The notes: generated by a model from the sequence alone, not told the origin. A DNA stretch of 64,000 nt from Chara braunii (GCA_003427395.1 BFEA01000032.1:2045264-2109263); one strand, 5' to 3'. Positions 29,001 to 40,769 are shown, numbered from the stretch's first letter. Made by a program: numbers and translations.

Positions 29001-32000
29001 GTTCAAGTAAGCAGCAGGTCCCCAATGCCTGGCAATGTTGTTTAAGTTCTACCAGTATGCTCAGGGATGTGACTGGCAATGTTGTTAGAGTTCTACCATT
29101 ATGCTCACGGATGTGAAATGCTGGTGTCAACGTATGATGTTTTTTTGGCCTCTGGTATGGGGCAGGGATGACGGAGGTGGAGGGGAAAGAATGTGAGCAA
29201 GAGCCGGATGCCTGGGACCCAAGCAGTCACATAAATATATGTATGTGACTACATATATATGTATGCTTGTGATGGGGTGTGAACCGACAGTCTGTAGAGT
29301 TTTCCATCTGGTGCGGGTGAGTGATAGTCTGCTTTGAATTTTGCCACAGGTACCTTGAGGGCAGTGGCTGGTGCACACCTCAGGGTATCAGTTGTCGGGC
29401 AGTCGTTGATGCTTAACCACAGCCGGGGTTAAGGTGGATTATCACTTACAGTGTAATTAGTTAGGGGATTCTGCAGACTGTTGAGGGTTCAGCCTCCTGA
29501 TGAGTCGGTGAAACTCCGAAACAGTTTGCCACAGCCCCTCGTTTGTTGTCCTCTTCTCCCTCTCTGCCTACTGTTTACCGGGCAGTTCTGTTTGACTAGA
29601 GAGAGAGAGAGAGAGAGGCGATTGGCTTCATCCAGGAGTGGGCAAGCATGGCCGTACAAATCGTGGAAGATGTGTTGCATGTCACGAGCTCTGGAAATTC
29701 TTTGTGAAGCTATAAGGAAGATCAGATCCATCGGCATGGTGTGTGGTGTTGACTGTTCGGATCAATCTGCATTGGGCGAATTTATCTGACAGTAATCTTT
29801 CTGTGCAGGTGGGCAGGCGGCAGAGAAGACAAGTTTTTTGCGAGGCTGGGAAGAAATGCGATCAGTGTTTACGAAACAGAAACAATGAGCTTGATTGACA
29901 AGAAATCCATCAAAGTGGACAACATTGCAGACTTCCAGTGGTCGCCAAGTGATCCGATTTTGTCCATGTTTATTCCAGAGGGTGGTGGTGGCAACCAACC
30001 TGCCAGGGTACGAAAGCTGCTGGCCCTTCTTTTCAAATTGCTATGGTTTTTGGAAGTGTGCGTTTTCTTGTTGGCGAAGCCTTGTGAAGGGTGTGGTTTT
30101 GTTTTAAAGCTGGACAGTGTAGATATGATTGATTCAAGAAGTCCTTCGCCGCACGGCAGATTAGCACCGCACTGCAGATGTACAGGTCCTGTGTCTCAGG
30201 TGTGACTGTTAGGGATGGAGCAACGAGTTCTTTTCGCTTTGTGAAATGTGTCCGTTACCCCCTAAATGTAGGAACGCTCGCTCATCGCGATCCAGTTCTA
30301 GCTGGCAGTGACAAGGTTGGTTCTATGGCGAGGTTGCCACGGTAGGTGGTTATGTTTTCCACTCTGTTTGACACCGGTTTTTGCATTGTTTTTTGCTCCA
30401 TCGCTTTCCTGCTGGATGGTGCACAGGTTACACTGATGGCTATTCCATCAAAGGAGGAACTTCGTCAAAAGAACCTGTTCAGCGTAAGCGACTGCAAGAT
30501 GTTCTGGCAGACAAGTGGAGAGTACCTTGCTGTGAAGGTTGATCGCTATACGAAGACGAAGAAGAGTACCTACAGTGGATTTGAGTTGTTTAGGATAAAG
30601 GAGAGGGACATCCCGATCGAGGTGAGTTGCCTGGGGAGGGTATAAATCAAAATGTCCTTGTATGTATGGAAACTTTTTTCTGTGAACTCATGGAGAATGG
30701 TGTCCGTTTTATGGGAAAAGGGAGGGAATCAGATTTTGAAGTGGCCGTAGTTCGGTTCTCTGGTATGGACATCATTGCAGTGCGTTATGTGTAGAATTCG
30801 GTTCTTTGGTATGGACATCTTAGCAGTGCGTCATGTGTCGAATTTGTAAACGTTGTACCGATGGGCGTGTAGCTCAGTTGGTGCACCCATGAACTGTTGA
30901 AATGCAGACCGGAAGACCAGAACAAAACTCTTCTCAATTGCCTGGGACTGGTCGGTTCGATGATGATATCTCAAGGCCATTGTCCTGTTAGAAAAGAGAG
31001 AAAAAAAAGAAAGTTTGTAGGCGTTGCACCTTGGATGGTAGTCTGGTGATGATTGCTGAATGGATTCGTTTGGGCTGGTTGTAATTATGTATTTTCTGAT
31101 TTGCGAAAGATGTTCTTCGATGGTGATGGTACAGGTTCTTGAACTCGAGAATAAGAACGACAAGATCATTGCCTTTGCATGGGAGCCGAAGGGTCATCGA
31201 TTTGCCATTGTTCATGGAGATGGTCCGCGACCGGACGTCAGTTTCTATTCCATGAAGAGTCCAAAGAACACGGGAAGAGTTACGCTTCTGACAACCCTGA
31301 AGAACCGACAAGTGAATACCCTGTACTGGTCGCCACAAGGAAAATTCATTGTGCTGGCAGGATTGAAGGCGCACAATGGTCAGCTCGAGTTTTTCAATGT
31401 GGATGAGGTCGAGACCATGGCCACAGCGGAGCATTTTATGGCCACAGAAGTCGAGTGGGATCCGACTGGAAGGTTTGTTTCTTCAACTCCTCTACTAAAT
31501 GCACGGTATCTGCGAACGGCCACTCGAACCATTTCTCAATCTACACGTGGCATCCTTGCACAGGGGCGATGCTAATCTTCTCTGCATAGTTCCAATTTCA
31601 ATGGATGTCCTAGTAAAGGACACCATTTGTACTTTTCTTGTCAACTGCACAACTCATCTTTTCTCTTGTGTTCCTCTCTGATTAGTTCTCGGCCGGGCCA
31701 GGCCAGGTAGCATTGATGATGGCCATATATGAGTTGTGCTTGCGCAGCAGGCTTCTGGACTTGTCAGGGCACTGTAGTAGAACATGGACTGCATACCAAG
31801 TGAATCTCTTCGGAGTTTCGCTGCATTTTAGTAGAACATGGAGTTGCGCATGGAGCTTTTTTTTTACGGGGCTTGCACACGCTAGCAGTTGATTTGTTGA
31901 AACTGCATGGCCAGATACGTCCCTTCTAATCCCAGGTGTGCATATCTCCTCAGGGAGGAGCATGGAATTAAGGAGAACATCTGGTAGATTGCAAGTGCAG

Positions 32001-33372
32001 CGGTATGCAATTGAAATAAGGCACCATCAAGTGGTGTAGTGAGTGTTTGCTGTATGCATTTGCTTTGTCAATGTGGTGTTGATACTTTGAGAAGCTGTAT
32101 TGGTGTTTCATTGGAATGAAAGGAATTAGTGTCTTGTTGAAAGGCGGTTATTGGGACGGAGGGTTCCTGTATTATTGTGTTGGGTAGGTGGGGGTAGATG
32201 TGTGCAGGACAGGGATCATCCTCTCCTTTCATCGTATGTATGTAGGTTGGTTGTTGTAGGGTATTCCATGTGGAGCTTGTCTTTTTGTTCTTTTCTCTGT
32301 ATTCGACTTGTGGGCATGTTTATGATATGTGGGTGTGGATGTGTTGCATGTTCGGCCATCTCTGCAGGTTTGTTGCCACGTGCGTAACTTCTGTCCACCA
32401 GATGGAAAATGGATTCAACATCTGGTCATTCCATGGAAATCTCCTTTACCGACTGCCTCGCGACAAGTTCTACCAGGTTGGTACATTTCCCCCCTTGCCT
32501 TTGGGTCCTTGTTGCCATCCGATAACATTCATGCATCTCTGGAGAAGGAATATGTCTGCCTTGGGTCTTTGTTGCCATCTGATAACGTTTGTGTATATCT
32601 GGAGAAGGAAAATATCTGCTTGTGTGTACAATATTGAGCCATAATGGCGACTTCAGGGCAAATATGTGAGTATCAATTGTCCGTAGTTTTTTTTACTTCT
32701 TCTTTTTTTTAACGAAATGGAACTCCCAAAATGGTGGAGCTGGGAGTACCGGGACACACATCCAAGCTGCGATTGCTCTCAGCTATATGCATATACTAAC
32801 AGTCCCATCCACTCTTTTCTCTTTTGTTACTTGGTAATGATACCCGATTTTTCTGTGAACTGGAAATTTGTAGTTCCCATGAAAGTGAAGTAGGGTCAGA
32901 TGCCTCTACCTCAAACTGAGTTGCTTCTGCTACTATAACGGAGAACGTTTGATTGCGGTTCTGACTGCCACATGTTGTCAATTTTGTGCTGAGGCTGCCG
33001 GCTCACCTGTGCAAATGATTTTGATGTGGCTGTGAAACACAGTTCCGTTGGCGTCCAAGACCCCCGTCGCTTCTCAGCGCGGAGAAGGAGGCGGAGATCG
33101 CGAAGAACCTGAAGAAGTACAGCAAGAAGTATGATGAGGAGGATGAGCTCATCACGGCAGAGCAAAACACGACTCTGAAGGAGGAGAGACGTGCAATGAT
33201 TGATCAATGGACGGAGTGGAAGACGAACTGGAAGCGGTGTAACGAGGACGAGAAGGTGCTGCGTTTAGCTCTTCGTGGTGACGACAGCGAGGACGAGGAG
33301 GAATTCGAGCAGGAGGAGGTGGAGGTGGAGGAGATCATAGATATCCAGGAAGAAGTGATAACGTCCTTTTAA
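16494..33372 (+). CDS. eIF3b: Eukaryotic translation initiation factor 3 subunit B (PRT1/eIF3b), 12 coding exons: 16494-16777, 18549-18783, 21069-21215, 24147-24275, 26626-26751, 28033-28116, 28882-29006, 29809-30007, 30427-30621, 31135-31472, 32368-32476, 33043-33372
   Basis: All introns are GT-AG with consistent phases; total 2301 nt = 766 aa + stop. Motifs typical of plant eIF3b: LPPGEDFGI, RRM (VIVVDNLPVVPPEK...KTKGFAFIEY), WD40 propeller (WSPMGT, DFSPGERFLVTYS, LRQKNLFSVSDCKM, FAWEPKG, WDPTGRFVAT), C-terminal FRWRPRPPSLLS...KNLKKYSKKY. An in-frame TGA at 16479 makes ATG 16494 the first start. Confidence 0.96.
18345..18400 (-). repeat. ~55-bp dispersed motif matching the LINE 3' region (other copies ~42003, 44906, 53482, 57766, 59246)
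   Basis: CTCCATCTATTGGTGGGGAGCAACACCTGCTGGAAACCGGGTCCAGCGTCCCATAG, usually near a poly(A)/(T) tract. Confidence 0.75.
18549..18783 (+). CDS. eIF3b: eIF3b exon 2 (RRM)
   Basis: Acceptor ctcag|C; EIQTETGFGSVIVVDNLP...FIEYTTPL; donor GTAAGT. Confidence 0.95.
21069..21215 (+). CDS. eIF3b: eIF3b exon 3
   Basis: tgcag|EAQTAREQTNGYKLDKSHVFAV...EYTPK|GTTAGT. Confidence 0.95.
22819..23095 (+). repeat. 72-bp tandem repeat (2 near-exact copies + 1 degenerate), eIF3b intron 3
   Basis: GTGGGTAATGGTCCCATCCCAGCAATTTTCCGGG... Confidence 0.85.
23361..23522 (+). repeat. 42-bp tandem minisatellite, ~4 copies, eIF3b intron 3
   Basis: CCACTTCATAACAGTGAACCGGCAGCGATGGTTATGCAGCAT at 23361, 23403, 23445 and 23487. 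Confidence 0.95.
24147..24275 (+). CDS. eIF3b: eIF3b exon 4
   Basis: tgcag|ENLYAWLMDKRGRDQFVIR...VYQRS|GTAAGT. Confidence 0.95.
25703..25789 (+). repeat. 29-bp tandem repeat x3
   Basis: GGATGCTCTCTTTTCTTTTCACAAAAAAA. Confidence 0.9.
26626..26751 (+). CDS. eIF3b: eIF3b exon 5
   Basis: tctag|FWTENFVQWSPMGT...FHHPQ|GTTAGT. Confidence 0.95.
27210..27420. repeat. Foldback cluster of direct and inverted copies of a ~42-bp motif, eIF3b intron 5
   Basis: 27287-27328 is the reverse complement of 27378-27419 (41/42); partial copies nearby. Confidence 0.85.
28033..28116 (+). CDS. eIF3b: eIF3b exon 6
   Basis: tgcag|VALLDFSPGERFLVTYSTHEPSNPRDTQ|GTATGA. Confidence 0.95.
28882..29006 (+). CDS. eIF3b: eIF3b exon 7
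   Basis: tgcag|KVLLNVFDIRSGK...VPWPVF(K)|GTAAGC. Confidence 0.94.
29473..29529 (+). ncRNA. Type III hammerhead ribozyme fold (stem II damaged) in eIF3b intron 7
   Basis: Stem III GCAGACUGU/ACAGUUUGC (9 bp, one G-U); GUU triplet 29480-29482; stem I GAGG-GUUCAG-CCUC; core CUGAUGA 29497-29503; GAAA 29518-29521. Confidence 0.72.
29473..29617 (+). mobile_element. Short hammerhead-bearing dispersed element, copy A, with (AG)n tail
   Basis: Hammerhead + CACAGCCCCTCGTTTGTTGTCCTCTTCTCCCTCTCTGCCTAC.GTTTACCGGGCAGTTCTGTTTGAC + microsatellite. Confidence 0.75.
29809..30007 (+). CDS. eIF3b: eIF3b exon 8
   Basis: tgcag|WAGGREDKFFARLG...GGGNQPAR|GTACGA. Confidence 0.95.
30427..30621 (+). CDS. eIF3b: eIF3b exon 9
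   Basis: cacag|VTLMAIPSKEELRQKNLFSVSDCK...ERDIPIE|GTGAGT. Confidence 0.95.
31135..31472 (+). CDS. eIF3b: eIF3b exon 10
   Basis: tacag|VLELENKNDKIIAFAWEPKG...WDPTG(R)|GTTTGT. Confidence 0.95.
32368..32476 (+). CDS. eIF3b: eIF3b exon 11
   Basis: tgcag|FVATCVTSVHQMENGFNIWSFHG...KFYQ|GTTGGT. Confidence 0.95.
33043..33372 (+). CDS. eIF3b: eIF3b exon 12 (terminal)
   Basis: cacag|FRWRPRPPSLLS...EEVITSF TAA. Confidence 0.95.
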   Translation, partial: FRWRPRPPSLLSAEKEAEIAKNLKKYSKKYDEEDELITAEQNTTLKEERRAMIDQWTEWKTNWKRCNEDEKVLRLALRGDDSEDEEEFEQEEVEVEEIIDIQEEVITSF

Positions 33373-35143
33373 AATCAGTCTCCGTGATGACATTGCTGAA
33401 GCAGGGTCAGGTGGTGCTTTTGATTCTCTGCATGCTGATGTGAACTCAATGGTCGCAGCCCAGAACTTTGGGGGGGCGGGGAGAGAGAGCTAGAGCGAGC
33501 GAGCGAGCGAGCGAGAGAGAGAGAGAGAGAGAGAGAGAGCACTTTCTAAGGATCTGGTTAGCTGTAATGGCATGGCAGTCTGGTTTTCACTTGAGCATGG
33601 AAGTGGACGGCTGAGTTGTGTGATCATATTATTAGACAGTTTCTGTGCTGTTTTGAACCTGGGAACTAAAGCATAAGAGCTGCTTTTCCTCAGTGTTGGG
33701 AGGAAGTGGCAGCTGGTCCAGATCTTTCAATGTGATTGCCTTTGCTCATCTGAACTGCTGTTATACGTAGGGAAGGTCTGTGTTTTTCAGATTACGAGCT
33801 GGTCGTCTTTCAGAGTGTCCGGAAGACTGAAGCGGAGTGCATGCCATGTACAACCTGAGCGGATGCGTTTCACTTCCTTCCTCAAATGACTTTTACAATT
33901 TGCCTTGTTAAAATTTTTATGAGCTTGCTGAGTTTTTGCCGCTACTTGTGGAGTCGGTGCTGCTTTGGCGTCAAGGATGAAGGTTGAGATGGAGATTTGT
34001 TCCACTCGCTTTGGTGGGACTCGATTGCTGCAGTATCGTCGAGACAGAGTGGGTTTGTCATACAAAGAAAATGAAGTGTGGCGGACCTTGAGATTGGTTG
34101 GAACTTGTAATACAAAGAAGTTGGGGTGTTGGACCTTGAGATTGAAGGCTCTGGAGTCTGCGCTGAGTTTTTGGGAAGAACATTGAGGGTGTTTGATCAT
34201 GAAGCATGCTGGGTGTTGTGGGATAATTTGGCTTTTCAGTTTTGACAGTCCGCATTCCCAGGCAAACATAATTGGAGTCATCGAACACATCACACACTTT
34301 GTTGGGAGTTTTACGACTCTTCACACGGAATTGGAAATACGTGCTTTGTACTAACACTACAACGAAGCAACATACACCTGAGTGTCGGAGCTTTCTGATT
34401 GCTAATTGATTACTTGGTAGTTGATATGGGCTTGCTGCAGTGAGAATTTGCTGCTCCCGTCTTTTGTGAACCAAGCTATGTTCTTCTGTCAAACAAAACG
34501 AACTGATCAAAGGTATGAAAAACCGGCTGCCTGTTTTTTGTCGCTTCCATATGGAAGCTGGAGCTCTTGGATGCTGCTGCATACGATTGGCTCGTCCCTC
34601 ATTACATGTGGGCCAGAGCGTATGGAGCTAATGGATTGACTGGAACTCTAGGCTAAGCTGAAACAGTAAAGGCGACGAGTTCATCCTAACAGAGACTATA
34701 AAATGAAGGGCAGCAAAGAGCCTGAAAAACGGACATTTTGTAGGCTCTGGGTACAAAGCCTCTTGTCGGAGTCCAAAATCTGCTCTGCCTGAGTTGGAAT
34801 TGCTTGGAGAAAAGGTTTCAGACGTGTAAAACTTGGCTAAGTGGAAGATTAAAATCTGAAGTTTTATGTTAAGCCGGGTATCAAAGTGCATTGCAATGTC
34901 GCTTTATGATGGAAGTGGGAGGGTGGTGGTGGAAAATGTACATCCTTTTCATAGGTCAACGAGGCTTCTATCCGAGTCGTCCTGGTCGTTTAGTTCGATG
35001 ATGATACGTCCAGTGCGTCCTCTGAAAAGAGTTAAAGAAATTAATGACGGACCATTAAATTAGTTTGGTTTTTGTTTAATTCACAAGAAAAAGCTGTCTT
35101 TCCCTCATCGGGGGACAGCTATATATGATATATATATACCCTA

Positions 35144-35211
35144 GTTTGTTGTCCTCTTCTCTCTCTCTGCCTACGGTTTACCGGGCAGTTCTGTTTGTGA
35201 CGATATATATA
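35144..35211 (+). mobile_element. Same element, copy C, 5'-truncated, within (TA)n
   Basis: GTTTGTTGTCCTCTTCT...GCCTACGGTTTACCGGGCAGTTCTGTTTG, flanked by TA repeats. Confidence 0.75.
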
Positions 35212-35888
35212 CTTTTTTTTTTCTCACGTTGAACATACGTAGCGATGCGTGTGGCACTGTGTATGCGTATGGCTTACGAATCCGTAAAACTTCTAAGCTA
35301 CTTGTCCTGTAGGGGTACGGTATGCGTTTTTTTTTTTCTAACTTTACTTTTTGTTGTGCTGGGTTGTTGGCTAATGTCCATGCACCCTGCCTAGATATTT
35401 TAACGGATACCTGAAATCAGGCAAAGCAATTAAGTTCCGAGGCTGATTTCATGTATACACAGTGCGTGGCACCCTGCCTAGATATTTTAACGGCTATATT
35501 CAATCTATTTATTGATTGGATGTAGGCTTGGACTATTGAAGAAAGAGAGGACGATGAGGAAAGGAAGGAACCCCATTTTCTGTCGTTCTTATCTTTTTCA
35601 AAAGAAAGGTACGTGGATCTATGGGTTGCCACTGTGCATTGACTTTTATTATCAATGGGAGACGGATTGCTTTCGAGATTTTCACATACTGGTTCGCAAG
35701 TGTGTGTACGCTTGCGTATGCTGGAACACTTGCGATTATGTGATTTGAGGTTAGTCAAGGACACTGGCTCCGCTTCAACAACAGCGTGTTGGTTAAGCTG
35801 GATGTGCTTCTCCCCTTGAATAGAAACATAGCACGAGTTTGTTGTAAAGTGGAGTTCGTTGCTCATGCGGCCTCTGTTCTATACATGT

Positions 35889-36008
35889 AGGGCTCAGCCT
35901 CCGGACGAGTCGATGAAACTGCGATGAAACAGTTTGTCACAGCCCCTCGTTTGTTGTCCTCTTCTCCCTCTTCTCCTTCTTCTCCCTCGCAGCTCTGTTT
36001 GATGATAT
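35889..36008 (+). mobile_element. Same element, copy B, with degenerate hammerhead core
   Basis: AGGGCTCAGCCTC-CGGACGA-GTCGATGAAACTGCGAT-GAAACAGTTTGTCACAGCCCCTCGTTTGTTGTCCTCTTCTCCC. Confidence 0.75.
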
Positions 36009-39000
36009 GAGATATCGTACATGATGAAATGTAGACCTGAGCCAAAACAAAGTACTAAAAAGTTAAAAACAAAACGTCGACGTTACGTCGTACATATAGA
36101 TCGTTCTGCAGATGACTGTTTCACGAGGTGCTGTTTACTTTACTGCTGCATTCTGCAGATCGAGCTCTTTTCTCTTTTTTTCGATGTTTCCTTCAGCAGA
36201 CTGGTAGTGTTTCTCATTCAGAGAGTGCCGGAAATTTCCTAATAGCTACTCGCCCGTGGCCAATTTGTGTGTGTGTGTGTGCGTGTGTGTGTGTGTTGTG
36301 GCCGATGTACACACGTCCCGAAGTGGTTTAGGAAGCTTCTCTCGAAGGCTTTCCAGTTCTCGTAGAGGCGTTGCTCGTAGCAAGTATCAAGGGTCCTATA
36401 GTGGTGACCCCCAGTGTCCCATAAAGGCGGCCCTCAACGCTGTTGAGAAACCTTTGTGAAGGATTTTGTCTTTCAAATCCCTGGGTGACATATGTGGGTC
36501 AGTCTGCCCTTGAATGATTATTGGCGGGGAAATTGACACGAAGGAATCTCGTCAGGGATCTGCAGGGAGATCGGATGTGATTATGGACTACGGCTCAGGA
36601 CTGCAGCAGGTTGTTGAGGAGAGTGTTAGTTGGGGAACGGCGCGTAGCAGCTTTGACACTAACCTATGGCCCGCACAGAGTTTGGTACTCTTGTGGGTGA
36701 AGCCGACCAGAGTGAGAGTGCGACCAGGGATTTCAGGGGAGGGGGTTGGAATCCAGGGCAGAAGCGGAACTTCCTACGCGAGTTTGTGGGGTCCTTACAA
36801 AAATAGGAGGACGGAAGGGAGATGCCAATACTTCGGGGGGTCGATTCGAAGTTAACATCCAGAGCGGAAGAACTTGGGCCGAACTTGCGGACGGGAGAAT
36901 TTCCGTCGAGCCCACAGGCATCAACGGGGGCCAGAAATTGCAACTCGGAGGAAAGCAAAATTTGCAGAGAGAAATGGAAACAACTCAAGGGAGGCAGTGT
37001 TTCAGAATTCAAACATTTGGGATAAGTCTTGACGCATTATCGTGGTCATATAAGCCATAGCAGTTTAAAAAAAAAAAAAAAAAAGCCCTAGGAGTAGGTG
37101 GTAGGAAGGTAGTGAAGATGAATTGAAAGAATTTGAAAGATGATGAAAGATTTGAGAGAAGAAAATTAGCTTTGTTTTATAAGAAGAAAAATAAAAGAAA
37201 AATAGAAGAATAGTCCGGGGACGTTCTCTGGCAGCACACTCACAGTGGGGCTGTTCTTCAGAAAGCGCATGGTGCCCTGTAGCCCCCCCCCACCGACTGA
37301 CGCGTTCCAGCACCAACTGACGCTGTGAACACGAATTCCCTGATCCGCAACAATGACAGTTACGTGGGGGGGTCCATGAGATCGGAAACGGGAGGATAGT
37401 CTGCAGGGTGCAATGATCGGACTCAGTTTGACCCCGATGGCAACCATTCAAGCCACTGAAAGTCCACAATGCCCAAACAGCAAAGCAACGAGATGTATCT
37501 TTCTATATACAAAATATGTGCAAGTACCCGAACTTTCAGTACATGTCGATATGGTTTCTCTCTCTCTCTCTCTCTCTCTGCCACGAGGAGGGCAGATTAG
37601 GGCTGCGGAACCCTGTCCTGACCATGTACGTGAAGATATGGTCTCTCTCTCTCTCTCCGCTATGTGGAGGGCTGGGTTGGGCGAGTTGGGGGAAGGGATG
37701 GGGGATTTGAATTAAAGAAAAAACATGATTGATTGATTGAAAAATAAGAAAAAACAAACGTGCACGAACGTGCATGTCTGCGCATGCCATGACAACCTGC
37801 GTGCAGCAAAGAGAAAGCAGCCCACCTGCACGCCATGACAACCTGCGTGCAGCAAAGAGAAAGCAGCACACCGGCCGCACAGGGAAAAAGAAGAGGGCGG
37901 TCAGCCAGCAAGGGAAGAGCGAGGGAGTCATCTGTGTGCACAGTGGAGGCACGTGCTAGAGAGCACAGGCGAAGGAAGAGCGATTTAGAGGGGAAGAAGC
38001 ACGCAGCGGGAGAGCAGCGCGTGCAAGTCTGAATAGCAGCGGGAGAGCAGCTCACACAAGTGTGGAGATCAGTGGGAGGAAGGGGAAGCAAGTGCATGTG
38101 AGAGAGTGGTGCATGTGTGCAGGTGCGAGTGTGTGAGACAAGGGTCACACGCGCTCGTGCGCGTGTGTGCATGCATGTGTATGTGAGAGAGTGCACGTGT
38201 GCAGGTGCTCGTGTGTGAGACAAGGGTCACGGCCCTCGTGTGCAATAGCGAAGGTCTAGTGTGCACCGGATCCGGGGGGCAGTTCAAAAAAAAAAAAGTA
38301 GGAAAAACAGGAGGGGATTAAGTGGAAATGCCTAAGGGCTAAGTGAGTGTGCACCCTAAAGAAGCACCCATTCAATCTTTTTTTTTGGTTACTTTTTCAA
38401 AAACTAAATAAAATATATGGGGACGTAAATCTTGAAGAGGTCTAAAAAGACTAGACACCCTGTTTTGTTTTTGTTGGCTTATTATCTTTGCAATCCGGGA
38501 TGAATTGTGGTAAACCGACGTTTCAACGTGGCACCCGCGTTGAATCCCTTTGGAGACACTCAGCCGAATACAGCTGTGATGACATTCTGTTACATCTGGG
38601 GGACTGCGGTAGTCTGGTGGAATTGCTTTCATACACACTTGGGATTTCTGAAGTACAGAAATAATTTGTAATATTAAATAGACATAAAACTTGATCCCCA
38701 GTGCAGGCTTTTGCAAGGGAGGTGTCAAAGACATCCCGCACCTGTTTCTTATGGGGCCAATGGAGGGCCGAGGCGGCAGCGGGTAAGCTACCGGTGGGGG
38801 GAGACAAATGGGATAAAAGGCAGGTATGTAGAGTGCAGAGTACCGTATTCTCGGAAAGACGAGGTGGAATAGGTAGAAGAACAATGGGGGATTGTGGTAA
38901 GGGAAGACACAGGGTAATGTAATGAACCAAGGGTAGGATGCAAAAGGGGAAAGGGCAGGGGAAGAGGGGGAGGATATGAAGTTTTCGGATGATCTCTTCG

Positions 39001-39184
39001 GGAAAACAAGGAAAAGGAGGGGGAGGAAGGTAGGGAGCATTTCCGCCCCCTCCAAGGGTAGAGTCAGCCATGCTGATAGCCTGGCGACTACAATGACTGG
39101 GTACCAAGATGTGTCTGCCGATTATAGTCGTCTTGCCTACACCTGGCTGACCTTACCCCCAGGGGGACGAGAAGAGGAAGGAGG

Positions 39185-39220
<36 letters not shown>

Positions 39221-39332
39221 CGGGTGGGAGATACAAGGGACGAGTATGTCGCATGTGAGAAACTTGTTTGCTGGTAGTAAGTAACCAGACTGTTGCCTCC
39301 CAGAAAACAAGGACCTTCTTTTTTGCTTTTGC

Positions 39333-39411
39333 AATCCAGCGGCCTACCTGAATCGGTTAGGCACACAGGTGGCATTTAGGAGGTTGTGGGTTCAATCCTC
39401 CTGGGCAGCCT
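39333..39411 (+). mobile_element. tRNA-derived SINE-like head
   Basis: ATCCAGCGGCCTA...GGTTAGGCAC.CAGGTGGCATT.AGGAGGTTGTGGGTTCAATCC. Confidence 0.55.
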
Positions 39412-40769
39412 TGGTGCGAACCAGCTAAGATAGCCAGCTTGATTCCCTTGGTCAGGTCAGTAGGGTCTTTGGCCAACAGGGATGTGAGTGTGAGTGGGTT
39501 TGTGTATTAAGTCGAATCAGACTGACCACCCTTGGTAAGCCGGCCTCAAACAATGAGTGGATTCTGAAACCGGCATTGGAGAAGATCGCCCTTTGGAATG
39601 ATAAACGCACATCCCTAATCAGGAGATTGCTGGTGACCAACAATGTAGTGCTAGCCACCACCTTGTGCGAATCTGCAATATATGGACATTGAGCGAGGCA
39701 GCAACAGCACTTCAAAGGCAGGTAATGGCGCTGCTATGGAGAGGGATCGACTTCGGTGGTTCAACCCAAAGATATTGTCGACCCGGCCATTCGGGTAAGT
39801 GCTCTGAGGATACAGTGGATAAGAAGATTGTTCTTCACACCACACATCGCCTAGAGCGCTCTGGCCCTCTAGCAGATCGCACGGCTGGCCCCCGAGACCA
39901 CCCCGGAGGTCGACCCTGTGACCTGGTTGGAAGACCGCCTTTGGACCATCCCGAGGCACTCTACGGCACAAGGGGAGACAGATGGCAGGGCGGTCAGCTG
40001 TCTGGAGGGACCTGGCACGAGACGACTTCTGCTCCAGGGCCCTACAGGCAGGGTGTCAACTTCCATTACCATACAAAATGTTGCCCAGTAGGTGGGAAGA
40101 GGTGGCGTGGCAACATCTGTTTAGCAACAGGTACATCACGGATGGCAATGACTATGCTAACCGTAGCTCAGAACCCCCGTGGAGCAGCTAGGTAGAGAAG
40201 GGAGTACTCAGAATGATAGACCTGTGGGATCAAGGGAGAAAAGACAGGAGAACAGACGGCCCTTTGGACAGGGTGTGCATCCTGCACTATCACAACCTCG
40301 GGTAAAACCTGGAGGAGCTTATTTTCTGTGTCGCTTTGCACCGGGTGTGCATCCTGCAAAGAGGGCTGGCGCTCTAGGAGGGGGATTGGGTAGCCATCAG
40401 TGACGACCCGACCCGGAGAGCGTGGGTAAGGGGGTGGAAGCTCCCTTGTGCATGGCACCCTGATCAACCCCGTCCCACAAAAATGCAAACGATATTCTCA
40501 TGAGATACGCGCCAGAAGCAATGGGGTGGTGTGAAAACACGGAACTCCATAGGATCTGGGAGTGCTAGTGGTGCCAACACGGGTTGTTCCGGGTGCTTCA
40601 TGGGCAGGAGGCTTGGATAGCATTTGGAATTGGCCTTCGACTGGAGGAAACAGGAAAGATGTCTACGTTTGGCCTGGCAGCGAAGGTCACAGAATGCTCA
40701 GACTGAAAGTGAACCTCAAAGAAGTGGCAAGGAATTGGTGGATGAACCCGTCTCAAGATGGGAAGGGAT

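Noticed and set aside
37218-38370. Non-autonomous DNA transposon with ~26-bp TIRs (shared GCACACTCAC)
   Set aside because: TIR match is too imperfect and no TSD was found.
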